In this document: positions 44,790 through 54,593 of the stretch, piece by piece
Numbering within the stretch: the stretch's first letter is position 1
How the letters are laid out: each line of letters opens with the position of its first letter
From: Escherichia coli
GTDB taxonomy: Bacteria; Pseudomonadota; Gammaproteobacteria; Enterobacterales; Enterobacteriaceae
Assembly (NCBI RefSeq): GCF_046105845.1
Contig: NZ_CP151004.1
Direction: 5' to 3' (one strand)
Length of the DNA: 64,000 nt
Notes under the pieces: model-generated
Databases searched by the model: none
The model's input: the letters and a program-made list of their open reading frames with translations, nothing else
Told to the model about the DNA's origin: nothing
Made by a program: the position numbers and the translations under genes

Positions 44790-46112
44790 TCAGAACAGCG
44801 TTAAACCAATGACGAAAATGACGCCGGAGAAGAGCAGGGCAGTGATGCAATAGCCCATGATGTCGCGGACACCGAGTCCGGCGATTGCCAGTGCTGGCAG
44901 CGCCCAGAATGGTTGTGCCATGTTCATCCATTGCTCGCCGTAGGCGATCGCCATTACCGATTTACCGAGATCAGCGCCCAGCGCCTGGGCTGCGGGTATC
45001 ACGAAAGGTCCCTGAATAACCCAGTGACCGCCGCCAGACGGAACGGCGAAGTTAATCAGTGCAGAACTAAAAAAGGTCATTACCGGGAAGGTGTCTTTGT
45101 TCGCAACATTGATGAAGAATTCGGTAATGAGTCCGCCCAGACCGGAATGCTCCATCATCAGTTGGATCCCCGCGTAGAAGGGGAATTGCACCAGAATACC
45201 GGCAGTACTGCGTGCTGCCGCGCTGATAGCACGCATATAAGCCATTGGCGTTTTATGTAGCAGCAGACCCGCAATCATAAACATCAGGTTGACGGTATTG
45301 ATGGTGATGTTGAAGCCATGTTCGCTGAAGTACATCGCAAGGTAAGCGATACCGAGTGCGCCAATGATCAACGTCAGAATGCGGCTCTCTTCCAGTCGCT
45401 CGGATGGTGGGGCATCTTTCGGTAGCTGCTTTTGAAAATCAGCCTCTTCCATGAGTAGTTTCGGATCGATACTCACCACGTCAGACGGTTTTGGCATCAT
45501 CATGCGGGTGATAAATGGCATCACCACAATCAACGCCACAGTGATGAAAATGTTAAAACCACTGAACAGAGTATCGCCCACCGGGATCAGCCCGGCGATA
45601 TGCTCAACCGGGTTGCCCGGTGTTGCAGCCAACAGAGGCATTGAGCCAGAGAAACCGCCACCCCAGGTGAGAAAACCAATGTAGGCGCAGGCAATGAGCA
45701 ACGGATAATCAGAACCGGGTACTCGGCGGGCGACTTCACGGGCAAACATTGCGCCGACAACCAAACCAAATCCCCAGTTGATGACACAAGCGACTGAACC
45801 GAAGAAAGTAACCAGCATGACGCCCTGTACGGGCGTCTTTGCGGCGGAGGCGGCAGTACGCAGCAAACTTTTTACCGGAGCAGAGCTGGCAAGGGCATGA
45901 CCGGTAACGATGATAAGCGCCATCTGCATACCAAACGCCAGCAAGTTCCAGAAACCGTCACCCCACATTTTCACCATGCTGATCGGCGTTTGTGGTGTTA
46001 ACCAAAGCGCGATCACGAAAGTTAGCAATGTCAGCAACATGGCAAAGATCAGTGGATCGGGAAGCCACCGGCTGACAAAACGCGTCATAAAACGCGATAT
46101 GCGACCAATCAT
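44790..46112 (-). CDS. atoE: Short-chain fatty acid transporter
   Basis: 440-aa polytopic membrane protein in the ato operon position. Confidence 0.9.
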   Translation of the reverse strand: MIGRISRFMTRFVSRWLPDPLIFAMLLTLLTFVIALWLTPQTPISMVKMWGDGFWNLLAFGMQMALIIVTGHALASSAPVKSLLRTAASAAKTPVQGVMLVTFFGSVACVINWGFGLVVGAMFAREVARRVPGSDYPLLIACAYIGFLTWGGGFSGSMPLLAATPGNPVEHIAGLIPVGDTLFSGFNIFITVALIVVMPFITRMMMPKPSDVVSIDPKLLMEEADFQKQLPKDAPPSERLEESRILTLIIGALGIAYLAMYFSEHGFNITINTVNLMFMIAGLLLHKTPMAYMRAISAAARSTAGILVQFPFYAGIQLMMEHSGLGGLITEFFINVANKDTFPVMTFFSSALINFAVPSGGGHWVIQGPFVIPAAQALGADLGKSVMAIAYGEQWMNMAQPFWALPALAIAGLGVRDIMGYCITALLFSGVIFVIGLTLF

Positions 46113-46759
46113 AAATCACCCCGTTGCGTATTCAGATCGGCGGCAACTTCAAACCGAGCTTCTGTTTTGGCACACACGGTGGCTAAATCACACCCGTCGG
46201 CAATTTCGGTGAGCCACATTTTGCCGTCAATAAAACGAAAGACAGCCAGTTCAGTAACCAGCATATGCACCGCATGTTGCGCAGTGAGTGGCATGGTGCA
46301 GCGGCGCAAAATTTTTGCTGAACCATCTTTGGCACAATGTTCCATGGCGATGATCACTTTGCGCGACCCGGTCACCAGATCCATCGCGCCACCCATACCG
46401 GGCACCATTTTCCCAGGCACTACCCAGTTCGCGAGGTTTGCTTCTTCGTCTACTTGCAAACCGCCGAGCACGCAGGCATCAATATGACCGCCGCGGATTA
46501 GCGCAAATGACATGGCGCTATCAAACATGGCTGCACCGGGTAAAACACCGCACGGTTGTCCGCCAGCGTTCACCAGATCTGGATGCGCTGTCGTGACCGG
46601 GCCTAAACCGAGGAAGCCGTTTTCCGATTGCAGAGTGATATGAATACCCTCCGGTAAAAAATTGGCGACCATTGTGGGTAAACCGATCCCTAAGTTAACG
46701 ATGTCACCATCACGAAGCTCTTGCGCCACACGGCGCGCAATACGTTGTTTCGCATCCAT
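46109..46759 (-). CDS. atoA: Acetate CoA-transferase beta subunit
   Basis: 216 aa; overlaps the atoE start by 4 nt. Confidence 0.92.
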   Translation of the reverse strand: MDAKQRIARRVAQELRDGDIVNLGIGLPTMVANFLPEGIHITLQSENGFLGLGPVTTAHPDLVNAGGQPCGVLPGAAMFDSAMSFALIRGGHIDACVLGGLQVDEEANLANWVVPGKMVPGMGGAMDLVTGSRKVIIAMEHCAKDGSAKILRRCTMPLTAQHAVHMLVTELAVFRFIDGKMWLTEIADGCDLATVCAKTEARFEVAADLNTQRGDL

Positions 46760-47421
46760 TATTTGCTCTCCTGTGAAACGATGATGTGGTCGATAACGGC
46801 ACCAGGGGTGACAATATGGTCAGGTTGCAGCTCGCCGGTTTCGACCAGTTCATCTGGCTCTACCAGCGTGATATCAGCCGCAAGGGCTATCAGGGGGTTA
46901 AAGTTGCGGGCGCTAAGTTGATAGGTCAGGTTGCCAAGTGTGTCGCAACGATGAGCGCGAATTAGCGCCAGGTCGGCGCGCAGTGGGCGTTCGAGCAGCC
47001 AGGTTTTACCGTCGAGTGTCAGTGTCTGTTTGCCTTCCTCTACGACGGTGCCGACACCCGTTGGGGTGAGAAAACCACCAAGTCCAGCTCCACCACAGCG
47101 AATTTGCTCGATTAGCGTACCTTGCGGCACCAGAACGACGTCCATCTCACCAGATATCATGCGCCGACCTGTTTCCGGGTTGGTGCCGATATGTGAAGCA
47201 ATCACTTTGCGGACTCGACCATTGACGATGAGCGGACCGATGCCAGTATCAACAAACGCGGTATCATTGGCTATCAATGTCAGGTCGCGAACACCAGATT
47301 CCAGTAATGCTTCAACCAGGCGGGATGGAGTGCCAATCCCCATAAATCCGCCCACCATGATGGTCATGCTGTCACGAAAGAAGCCGGTGGCGTCTTGTAA
47401 TGTCATCAATTTTGTTTTCAT
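46759..47421 (-). CDS. atoD: Acetate CoA-transferase alpha subunit
   Basis: 220 aa; first gene of atoDAEB. Confidence 0.92.
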   Translation of the reverse strand: MKTKLMTLQDATGFFRDSMTIMVGGFMGIGTPSRLVEALLESGVRDLTLIANDTAFVDTGIGPLIVNGRVRKVIASHIGTNPETGRRMISGEMDVVLVPQGTLIEQIRCGGAGLGGFLTPTGVGTVVEEGKQTLTLDGKTWLLERPLRADLALIRAHRCDTLGNLTYQLSARNFNPLIALAADITLVEPDELVETGELQPDHIVTPGAVIDHIIVSQESK

Positions 47422-47466
47422 TTTTTATCCCTCTTGCATACACCGTTGTGGGTACAGTCAGGGAAT

Positions 47467-47482
47467 AGCAAGGGGAGTGCCA
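47467..47482 (-). promoter_or_regulatory. Sigma-54 (-24/-12) promoter of atoDAEB
   Basis: Minus strand reads TGGCAC-TCCCC-TTGCT, matching TGGCAC-N5-TTGCW, 46-61 nt upstream of the atoD ATG. Confidence 0.7.
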
Positions 47483-47564
47483 GAATGAGATTATTGGATT
47501 TAGTTATTTAACTAATTGAATAGAAAAGGATAAATTGGATGGGGATTTATAAGGAGAATGAGCG

Positions 47565-47605
47565 GCTATGCAGAAAATTGCGCACTGTGCAAATTTCTGC
47601 ATAGC
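47565..47605. promoter_or_regulatory. AtoC upstream activating sequence (41-bp palindrome)
   Basis: GCTATGCAGAAAATTGCGCACTGTGCAAATTTCTGCATAGC, a long inverted repeat about 100 nt upstream of the sigma-54 promoter. Confidence 0.7.
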
Positions 47606-47616
47606 AAGTTTTGGCG

Positions 47617-49002
47617 TTATACATCCGCCGGATCGATACCGTATTCCTGGAGTTTATACATCAATGCACGGCGACTGATGCCCAGCATTAAAGCAGTGCG
47701 GGTTCGGTTTCCTTCTTGTTGTTCCAGCACTTCCATAATGATGCGTTTTTCGACGCGTTTAATTTCCTCTTTTAAATTACGCTCACCGACAGGGGATGTT
47801 TTTACCTCGCCAGCATTACAGACTGGCTGACGAATCTGCGGCGGAAGATCCTCAGAAAAAATGATCGGGCCTGAGTTCATCACGACGGCGCGTTCAATAA
47901 CGTTGGAAAGCTCTCGAATATTTCCCGGCCATGACCAGGCGGTAAGCAGTGACATTGCCATCGGATCGATGTCGATAATATCGCGCTGATTCTCACTACT
48001 GAATTTTTGCAAAAAGTGATTAGCTAACAGGGAAATATCTTCCCGGCGATCGCGCAGAGGCGGCAGTATTAAATGAATAACGTTAAGGCGATAAAAGAGA
48101 TCTTCACGGAAGGTGCCTTCTTTTACCATTGCCTGCAAGTCACGGTTGGTGGCAGCAATGATGCGGATATCAACTTTTATGGTCTGATGGCCGCCAATCC
48201 GTTCAAATTCCCGTTCCTGCAGAATGCGTAGTAATTTGGCTTGCAGTACGAGCGGCATTTCGCCAATTTCGTCGAGGAGCAGAGTACCTTCGTTGGCACG
48301 TTCAAATAATCCCTGACGCAAGGTTTGTGCACCAGTAAATGCACCTTTTTCATGACCAAACAGTTCACTTTCGAGCAACGATTCCGGCAGCGCCGCGCAG
48401 TTGACTTTAATGAACGGCCCCTTTGCCCGCCGCGAATTGTAGTGAATCGCTCTGGCAATCAACTCTTTCCCGGTGCCGCTTTCACCGCTAATCAAGACGC
48501 TGGCCTGAGAAAGGGCAATTTTGGCGGTGTCTTTGCAGATGTCCATCATCGCCGGGCTGTTGGTGAGAATGTGCCCCCATTGCCAGCTGGTGCTCAGTGC
48601 CTGGTGCAGATGACGGATCTCTTTTTTCATTGACTGGAGTTGTAAAGCGCGCTGAACGATTAAATTCAACTCATCGAGATCAAACGGTTTGATAACATAG
48701 TCGAAGGCTCCGCAGCGTAGCGCTTCGACGGCGGTTTCCACTTCAGCATAGGCCGTCATCAGAATAACGGGTGTCCGGGTCTCATTACTGCGCATCTCCT
48801 TTAGTGCCTTGATGCCGTCCATCTCTGGCATGCGGATATCCATCAACACCACGTCAGGGTGAATATCGACAAACAGGTGTAATGCTGTGCGTCCGTTGTT
48901 CGCACAATGTGTTTCGAATCCTTGTAGTGCAAAAGCGGTGCTCAGCATACGGCGAACATTATCTTCATCATCCACAATAAGGATGCGATTAATAGCAGTC
49001 AT
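47617..49002 (-). CDS. atoC: NtrC-family sigma-54-dependent response regulator
   Basis: 461 aa; receiver domain, AAA+ Walker A GESGTGKE, GAFTGA motif, C-terminal HTH. Confidence 0.95.
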   Translation of the reverse strand: MTAINRILIVDDEDNVRRMLSTAFALQGFETHCANNGRTALHLFVDIHPDVVLMDIRMPEMDGIKALKEMRSNETRTPVILMTAYAEVETAVEALRCGAFDYVIKPFDLDELNLIVQRALQLQSMKKEIRHLHQALSTSWQWGHILTNSPAMMDICKDTAKIALSQASVLISGESGTGKELIARAIHYNSRRAKGPFIKVNCAALPESLLESELFGHEKGAFTGAQTLRQGLFERANEGTLLLDEIGEMPLVLQAKLLRILQEREFERIGGHQTIKVDIRIIAATNRDLQAMVKEGTFREDLFYRLNVIHLILPPLRDRREDISLLANHFLQKFSSENQRDIIDIDPMAMSLLTAWSWPGNIRELSNVIERAVVMNSGPIIFSEDLPPQIRQPVCNAGEVKTSPVGERNLKEEIKRVEKRIIMEVLEQQEGNRTRTALMLGISRRALMYKLQEYGIDPADV

Positions 49003-50825
49003 ACAGTCTGATTTCCCTGCGGGTTGATCGGTAAAATAAGCGTGAAGGTTGCGCCGTAGCCCGGCAAACTGGCGACGCGAATATCACCCTGATGGGCATT
49101 AATGATGCGTTGACTTAACGCCAGACCAAGCCCGGTTCCTGAGGCTTTGGTGGTGAAAAAGGGATCGAAGATCTTTTTTTGCAGCGAGAGATCAATGCCA
49201 CAGCCGTTGTCCTCTATCGAAATGGCCTGTTGTGAGTCGCTGTATTGCCAGGTTTGAATGCGAATTTTCCCTCGTGCGCTGATAGCCTGGACGGCATTGA
49301 TCAGGATATTCAGTAGTACCTGTTTGAGCAGTTCACGATCGGCGTTAATCGGGTTTAATTCATTATCCAGTTCGCTTATGAAGTCGACCCGCGCTTGTAC
49401 GCCAGCGGTTTGTACCAGTACCAGAGTTTCTTCAACCAATGCATTGAGGCTGACTTGTTGCCATTGACTGTGGCGTGGACGTGAAAATTCGAGCAATTGC
49501 TGAATAACTTTGTTAATTGAATCGATTTCTTTGAGTACTACGGACAGATATTCCTGATGTATTGGGTCACCGGTTTGTTGGCGCAAGATCTGTACATAAC
49601 CACGAATAGCCGTTAGCGGATTACGTACTTCATGCGCGACGCCAGCCATCAGCTCACCCAGTGTGGCGAGGCGTTCTGCTTGCGCCATGCGGCGCTGGGT
49701 TTCTTTGCGGGCAGTTAAATCAGAGAAAATCACCAAAGCACCTATCATTTCACCATGCGTGTTATGAATACGACTGGTAGTGACACTGAGTTCAATGGTG
49801 CGGTCACGGCCTGGAAAACTGATCTCCAGCGCTACATGTTCGGTGCCATGTTCCAGCGTATCCAGTACTGGACTGTAGAACTGAGTATGGTCGAACAACA
49901 TGGAGTAAGGCTGCCCTACCAGTTCATGACGTTGATAGCCAGTGATGACTTCTGCTGCCGGGTTCATGGTGGTTACATCACCCTGGCGGTCAATGGCAAT
50001 GACGCCATCGGCAGCGTTTTCAATAATCAGATCGTTGAGTGTCCGCGTTTCACGCAGTGCCTGGGCGAGGTTGTTAACACTCTGACTGATTTGCCCCATT
50101 TCACCGGGCAATTGTGGTAATCGAGTGGGAATATTTTGCGCCAGAGTCGAGAGGCCATCGGTGATGATATCAATATTGGCGCTCAGGCGACGGGAGAAAA
50201 GGACAATCAACAGCAGGCTTATCAGCAAACCGGCGGTGAGCACAATGATAATCCTCACATCCATTCTCCAGGCCTGGCGGCGAATATCTTCGGTTAATTC
50301 ATTGGCCCAGATATAGCCGAGGATTTCACCATTACGCTCAATGGGGAGCATTGAATTCAAAATATCGCCGCGCACCTGCCTGCCTGAATAAACCAAAGGG
50401 GTATTTGTACGCATGACTTCGCGACCAGGGTGATCTGCGGCAATGGTAACGCCGACATTATTCTGATATAGCGCTGAAGGCGCGTAGGTGATTATCGCAT
50501 CCAGCGTTTTGTTGTAATAACCAGCGCCGATGCCAGGGAAGGCGTGAGTGATATTTTCGGTAATGGGGGCAAGTTCTGCATTTAATGCGCGGATACGCTC
50601 CTCACGTGGTAAGTCGATGTAGAGATCATAGCGATCGCCTAGTGCCTGATTAAGCAGGTTGACCACGGCAGAAAGTTTTTTCTCTTTTTCAGATAAGACT
50701 GCTGAACGTCCTTCCGTTTCTACGATATAACCAATAGTAAGCGTTGGGACAATGACCATCAGGATTGCCATCAGGATCATTTGATTGCGTAAGCGGCGTG
50801 GATAAATCCACTTCATATAATGCAT
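48999..50825 (-). CDS. atoS: Sensor histidine kinase
   Basis: ATG at 50825 gives 608 aa; two TM segments, PAS, H-box (GVAHEVRNPL) and ATPase domain; overlaps the atoC start by 4 nt. Confidence 0.92.
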   Translation of the reverse strand: MHYMKWIYPRRLRNQMILMAILMVIVPTLTIGYIVETEGRSAVLSEKEKKLSAVVNLLNQALGDRYDLYIDLPREERIRALNAELAPITENITHAFPGIGAGYYNKTLDAIITYAPSALYQNNVGVTIAADHPGREVMRTNTPLVYSGRQVRGDILNSMLPIERNGEILGYIWANELTEDIRRQAWRMDVRIIIVLTAGLLISLLLIVLFSRRLSANIDIITDGLSTLAQNIPTRLPQLPGEMGQISQSVNNLAQALRETRTLNDLIIENAADGVIAIDRQGDVTTMNPAAEVITGYQRHELVGQPYSMLFDHTQFYSPVLDTLEHGTEHVALEISFPGRDRTIELSVTTSRIHNTHGEMIGALVIFSDLTARKETQRRMAQAERLATLGELMAGVAHEVRNPLTAIRGYVQILRQQTGDPIHQEYLSVVLKEIDSINKVIQQLLEFSRPRHSQWQQVSLNALVEETLVLVQTAGVQARVDFISELDNELNPINADRELLKQVLLNILINAVQAISARGKIRIQTWQYSDSQQAISIEDNGCGIDLSLQKKIFDPFFTTKASGTGLGLALSQRIINAHQGDIRVASLPGYGATFTLILPINPQGNQTV

Positions 50826-50991
50826 GCTGAAATCCACTAGTCTTGTCCGGTATATGACGATTATCAGAGGTTAAGGTGATGATTTCTCGGCGGTGTATCA
50901 TATTCCAGAGAAGAGAGAACATTGCGGTAACACGCTTTTACCGCTACCTTAACCACACTCCATCGGTCACCTGAGGCGGAGCTTCGCCCCT

Positions 50992-53841
50992 TTGAAATAC
51001 CTTGCTTCTTTTCGTACAACCCTGAAAGCCTCGCGCTACATGTTCAGAGCATTGGCGTTAGTGCTCTGGCTGTTGATTGCTTTTTCATCCGTTTTTTACA
51101 TCGTTAATGCGTTACATCAGCGAGAATCGGAAATTCGTCAGGAATTTAATCTGAGTTCCGATCAGGCTCAGCGCTTTATTCAACGTACCTCTGATGTGAT
51201 GAAAGAGCTGAAGTACATCGCTGAAAATCGCTTATCGGCAGAAAACGGTGTGCTTTCCCCGCGTGGACGAGAAACGCAGGCGGATGTGCCTGCGTTTGAA
51301 CCGCTGTTTGCCGACTCCGATTGTTCCGCAATGAGTAACACCTGGCGAGGCTCTCTGGAGTCATTGGCGTGGTTTATGCGCTACTGGCGCGATAATTTCT
51401 CTGCGGCTTACGATCTCAACCGGGTATTTTTAATCGGCAGCGATAACCTCTGCATGGCCAATTTCGGTCTGCGTGATATGCCAGTGGAACGCGATACCGC
51501 GTTGAAAGCGTTGCATGAACGCATTAATAAATATCGAAATGCACCACAAGATGATAGTGGCAGTAACCTCTACTGGATCAGCGAAGGTCCGCGCCCTGGC
51601 GTCGGGTATTTTTACGCGTTGACGCCAGTTTATCTGGCGAACCGGTTGCAGGCGCTTTTGGGTGTCGAGCAGACTATCCGGATGGAGAATTTTTTCTTAC
51701 CTGGTACGTTGCCGATGGGGGTTACCATTCTTGATGAAAATGGTCATACCCTGATTTCGCTTACCGGACCAGAAAGCAAAATTAAGGGCGATCCTCGCTG
51801 GATGCAGGAACGCTCCTGGTTTGGCTATACGGAAGGTTTCCGGGAGCTGGTGCTGAAGAAAAATCTGCCTCCCTCATCGCTAAGCATCGTTTATTCGGTG
51901 CCGGTTGATAAGGTGCTGGAACGCATTCGCATGTTGATCCTTAACGCAATTTTGCTGAATGTGCTTGCCGGAGCTGCATTGTTTACTCTCGCGCGGATGT
52001 ACGAGCGGCGTATTTTCATTCCGGCGGAAAGCGACGCCTTGCGACTGGAAGAACATGAGCAGTTTAATCGCAAGATTGTCGCCTCCGCGCCAGTGGGTAT
52101 CTGCATTTTGCGTACCGCTGATGGCGTCAATATTTTAAGTAACGAACTGGCGCATACCTATCTCAATATGCTTACGCATGAGGACCGCCAACGGCTGACA
52201 CAAATTATCTGTGGGCAGCAGGTCAATTTTGTTGATGTCCTGACCAGTAACAATACCAATCTGCAAATCAGCTTCGTCCATTCGCGCTATCGTAATGAAA
52301 ACGTGGCCATTTGTGTGCTGGTGGATGTTTCTTCGCGCGTGAAGATGGAAGAGTCGTTGCAGGAGATGGCACAAGCAGCGGAACAGGCGAGCCAGTCAAA
52401 ATCGATGTTCCTTGCCACCGTCAGTCATGAGCTGCGAACGCCGCTGTATGGCATTATCGGTAACCTGGATCTGTTGCAAACCAAAGAGTTACCGAAAGGC
52501 GTCGATCGTCTGGTGACGGCAATGAACAACTCTTCCAGCCTGTTGTTGAAAATTATCAGCGATATTCTCGACTTCTCGAAGATTGAATCGGAACAGTTGA
52601 AGATCGAACCACGTGAGTTTTCACCGCGTGAAGTGATGAACCACATCACCGCCAACTATTTGCCGCTGGTGGTACGCAAGCAGCTAGGCTTGTACTGCTT
52701 TATTGAACCGGATGTGCCAGTGGCCTTAAATGGCGACCCAATGCGTTTACAGCAGGTCATCTCCAACCTGTTGAGTAACGCCATAAAATTCACCGATACC
52801 GGCTGTATAGTTCTGCATGTTCGCGCTGATGGCGATTATCTCTCTATCCGCGTTCGCGATACCGGCGTGGGTATTCCAGCGAAAGAAGTGGTGCGCTTGT
52901 TTGATCCCTTCTTCCAGGTCGGAACGGGCGTACAGCGTAACTTCCAGGGGACCGGTCTGGGGCTGGCGATTTGTGAAAAACTGATCAGCATGATGGACGG
53001 CGACATCTCGGTAGATTCAGAACCGGGAATGGGCAGCCAGTTTACCGTGCGTATTCCGTTGTACGGCGCTCAGTACCCGCAGAAAAAAGGCGTGGAAGGG
53101 TTGAGTGGTAAACGCTGCTGGCTGGCGGTCCGCAATGCGTCGCTCTGTCAGTTCCTGGAAACCAGTTTGCAGCGCAGCGGCATCGTCGTTACAACATACG
53201 AAGGGCAGGAACCGACTCCCGAAGATGTGTTAATCACTGACGAGGTAGTGAACAAAAAATGGCAGGGTAGAGCGGTAGTGACCTTCTGTCGTCGCCATAT
53301 TGGTATTCCGCTGGAGAAAGCGCCAGGGGAGTGGGTACACAGTGTGGCTGCCCCGCATGAGCTACCGGCATTGTTGGCGCGTATTTATTTGATCGAGATG
53401 GAGAGCGACGATCCTGCTAACGCTCTGCCGTCGACGGACAAAGCGGTCAGCGATAACGACGATATGATGATTCTGGTCGTGGATGATCATCCGATTAACC
53501 GGCGTCTTCTGGCAGATCAGTTGGGATCGTTGGGCTATCAATGTAAAACCGCGAATGATGGCGTCGATGCGCTTAATGTACTTAGCAAGAATCATATTGA
53601 TATCGTGCTTAGCGACGTCAACATGCCAAATATGGATGGTTACCGCTTGACGCAACGCATTCGTCAGTTGGGACTGACGTTGCCGGTAATCGGAGTAACT
53701 GCTAATGCGTTGGCTGAAGAGAAGCAGCGGTGTCTGGAGTCCGGTATGGACAGCTGCCTGTCGAAGCCGGTAACGCTGGATGTGATAAAACAGACGCTAA
53801 CGGTATATGCCGAGAGGGTCAGGAAATCGCGGGATTCGTAG
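50992..53841 (+). CDS. rcsC: Hybrid sensor histidine kinase of the Rcs phosphorelay
   Basis: 949 aa; H-box SHELRTPL, ATPase domain, C-terminal receiver domain. Confidence 0.95.
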   Translation: MKYLASFRTTLKASRYMFRALALVLWLLIAFSSVFYIVNALHQRESEIRQEFNLSSDQAQRFIQRTSDVMKELKYIAENRLSAENGVLSPRGRETQADVPAFEPLFADSDCSAMSNTWRGSLESLAWFMRYWRDNFSAAYDLNRVFLIGSDNLCMANFGLRDMPVERDTALKALHERINKYRNAPQDDSGSNLYWISEGPRPGVGYFYALTPVYLANRLQALLGVEQTIRMENFFLPGTLPMGVTILDENGHTLISLTGPESKIKGDPRWMQERSWFGYTEGFRELVLKKNLPPSSLSIVYSVPVDKVLERIRMLILNAILLNVLAGAALFTLARMYERRIFIPAESDALRLEEHEQFNRKIVASAPVGICILRTADGVNILSNELAHTYLNMLTHEDRQRLTQIICGQQVNFVDVLTSNNTNLQISFVHSRYRNENVAICVLVDVSSRVKMEESLQEMAQAAEQASQSKSMFLATVSHELRTPLYGIIGNLDLLQTKELPKGVDRLVTAMNNSSSLLLKIISDILDFSKIESEQLKIEPREFSPREVMNHITANYLPLVVRKQLGLYCFIEPDVPVALNGDPMRLQQVISNLLSNAIKFTDTGCIVLHVRADGDYLSIRVRDTGVGIPAKEVVRLFDPFFQVGTGVQRNFQGTGLGLAICEKLISMMDGDISVDSEPGMGSQFTVRIPLYGAQYPQKKGVEGLSGKRCWLAVRNASLCQFLETSLQRSGIVVTTYEGQEPTPEDVLITDEVVNKKWQGRAVVTFCRRHIGIPLEKAPGEWVHSVAAPHELPALLARIYLIEMESDDPANALPSTDKAVSDNDDMMILVVDDHPINRRLLADQLGSLGYQCKTANDGVDALNVLSKNHIDIVLSDVNMPNMDGYRLTQRIRQLGLTLPVIGVTANALAEEKQRCLESGMDSCLSKPVTLDVIKQTLTVYAERVRKSRDS

Positions 53842-53842
53842 G

Positions 53843-53920
53843 ACGGATAAGGCGTTTACGCCGCATCTGGCATTCAGTGCAAATGCCAGATGCGACGCTG
53901 ACGCGTCTTATCTGGCCTAC
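53843..53920. repeat. REP element pair downstream of rcsC
   Basis: GGATAAGGCGTTTACGCCGCATCTGGC and inverted partner. Confidence 0.75.
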
Positions 53921-53926
53921 AGATGA

Positions 53927-54577
53927 TTAGTCTTTATCTGCCGGACTTAAGGTCACAGAAGAGAGATAATTCAGCAGAGCAATATCGTTCTCGACACCCA
54001 GCTTCATCATCGCAGATTTCTTCTGGCTACTGATGGTTTTGATACTGCGGTTCAGCTTTTTAGCGATCTCGGTCACTAGGAAACCTTCCGCAAACAGGCG
54101 TAGAACTTCACTCTCTTTTGGCGAGAGACGCTTGTCACCGTAACCACCAGCACTGATTTTTTCCAACAGGCGAGAAACGCTTTCCGGGGTAAATTTCTTC
54201 CCTTTCTGCAGCGCGGCGAGAGCTTTCGGCAGATCGGTCGGTGCACCTTGTTTCAGCACGATCCCTTCGATATCCAGATCCAATACCGCACTAAGAATCG
54301 CCGGGTTGTTGTTCATAGTCAGAACAATGATCGACAGGCTTGGGAAATGGCGCTTGATGTACTTGATTAAGGTAATGCCATCGCCGTACTTATCGCCAGG
54401 CATGGAGAGATCGGTAATCAACACATGCGCATCCAGTTTCGGCAGGTTGTTGATCAGTGCTGTAGAGTCTTCAAATTCGCCGACAACATTCACCCACTCA
54501 ATTTGCTCAAGTGATTTGCGAATACCGAACAAGACTATCGGATGGTCATCGGCAATAATTACGTTCATATTGTTCAT
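53927..54577 (-). CDS. rcsB: Response regulator RcsB (LuxR/FixJ family)
   Basis: ATG at 54577 gives 216 aa (MNNMNVIIADDHPIVLFGIR...); C-terminal LuxR HTH. Confidence 0.95.
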   Translation of the reverse strand: MNNMNVIIADDHPIVLFGIRKSLEQIEWVNVVGEFEDSTALINNLPKLDAHVLITDLSMPGDKYGDGITLIKYIKRHFPSLSIIVLTMNNNPAILSAVLDLDIEGIVLKQGAPTDLPKALAALQKGKKFTPESVSRLLEKISAGGYGDKRLSPKESEVLRLFAEGFLVTEIAKKLNRSIKTISSQKKSAMMKLGVENDIALLNYLSSVTLSPADKD

Positions 54578-54593
54578 GTAATAGGCTACCTTG

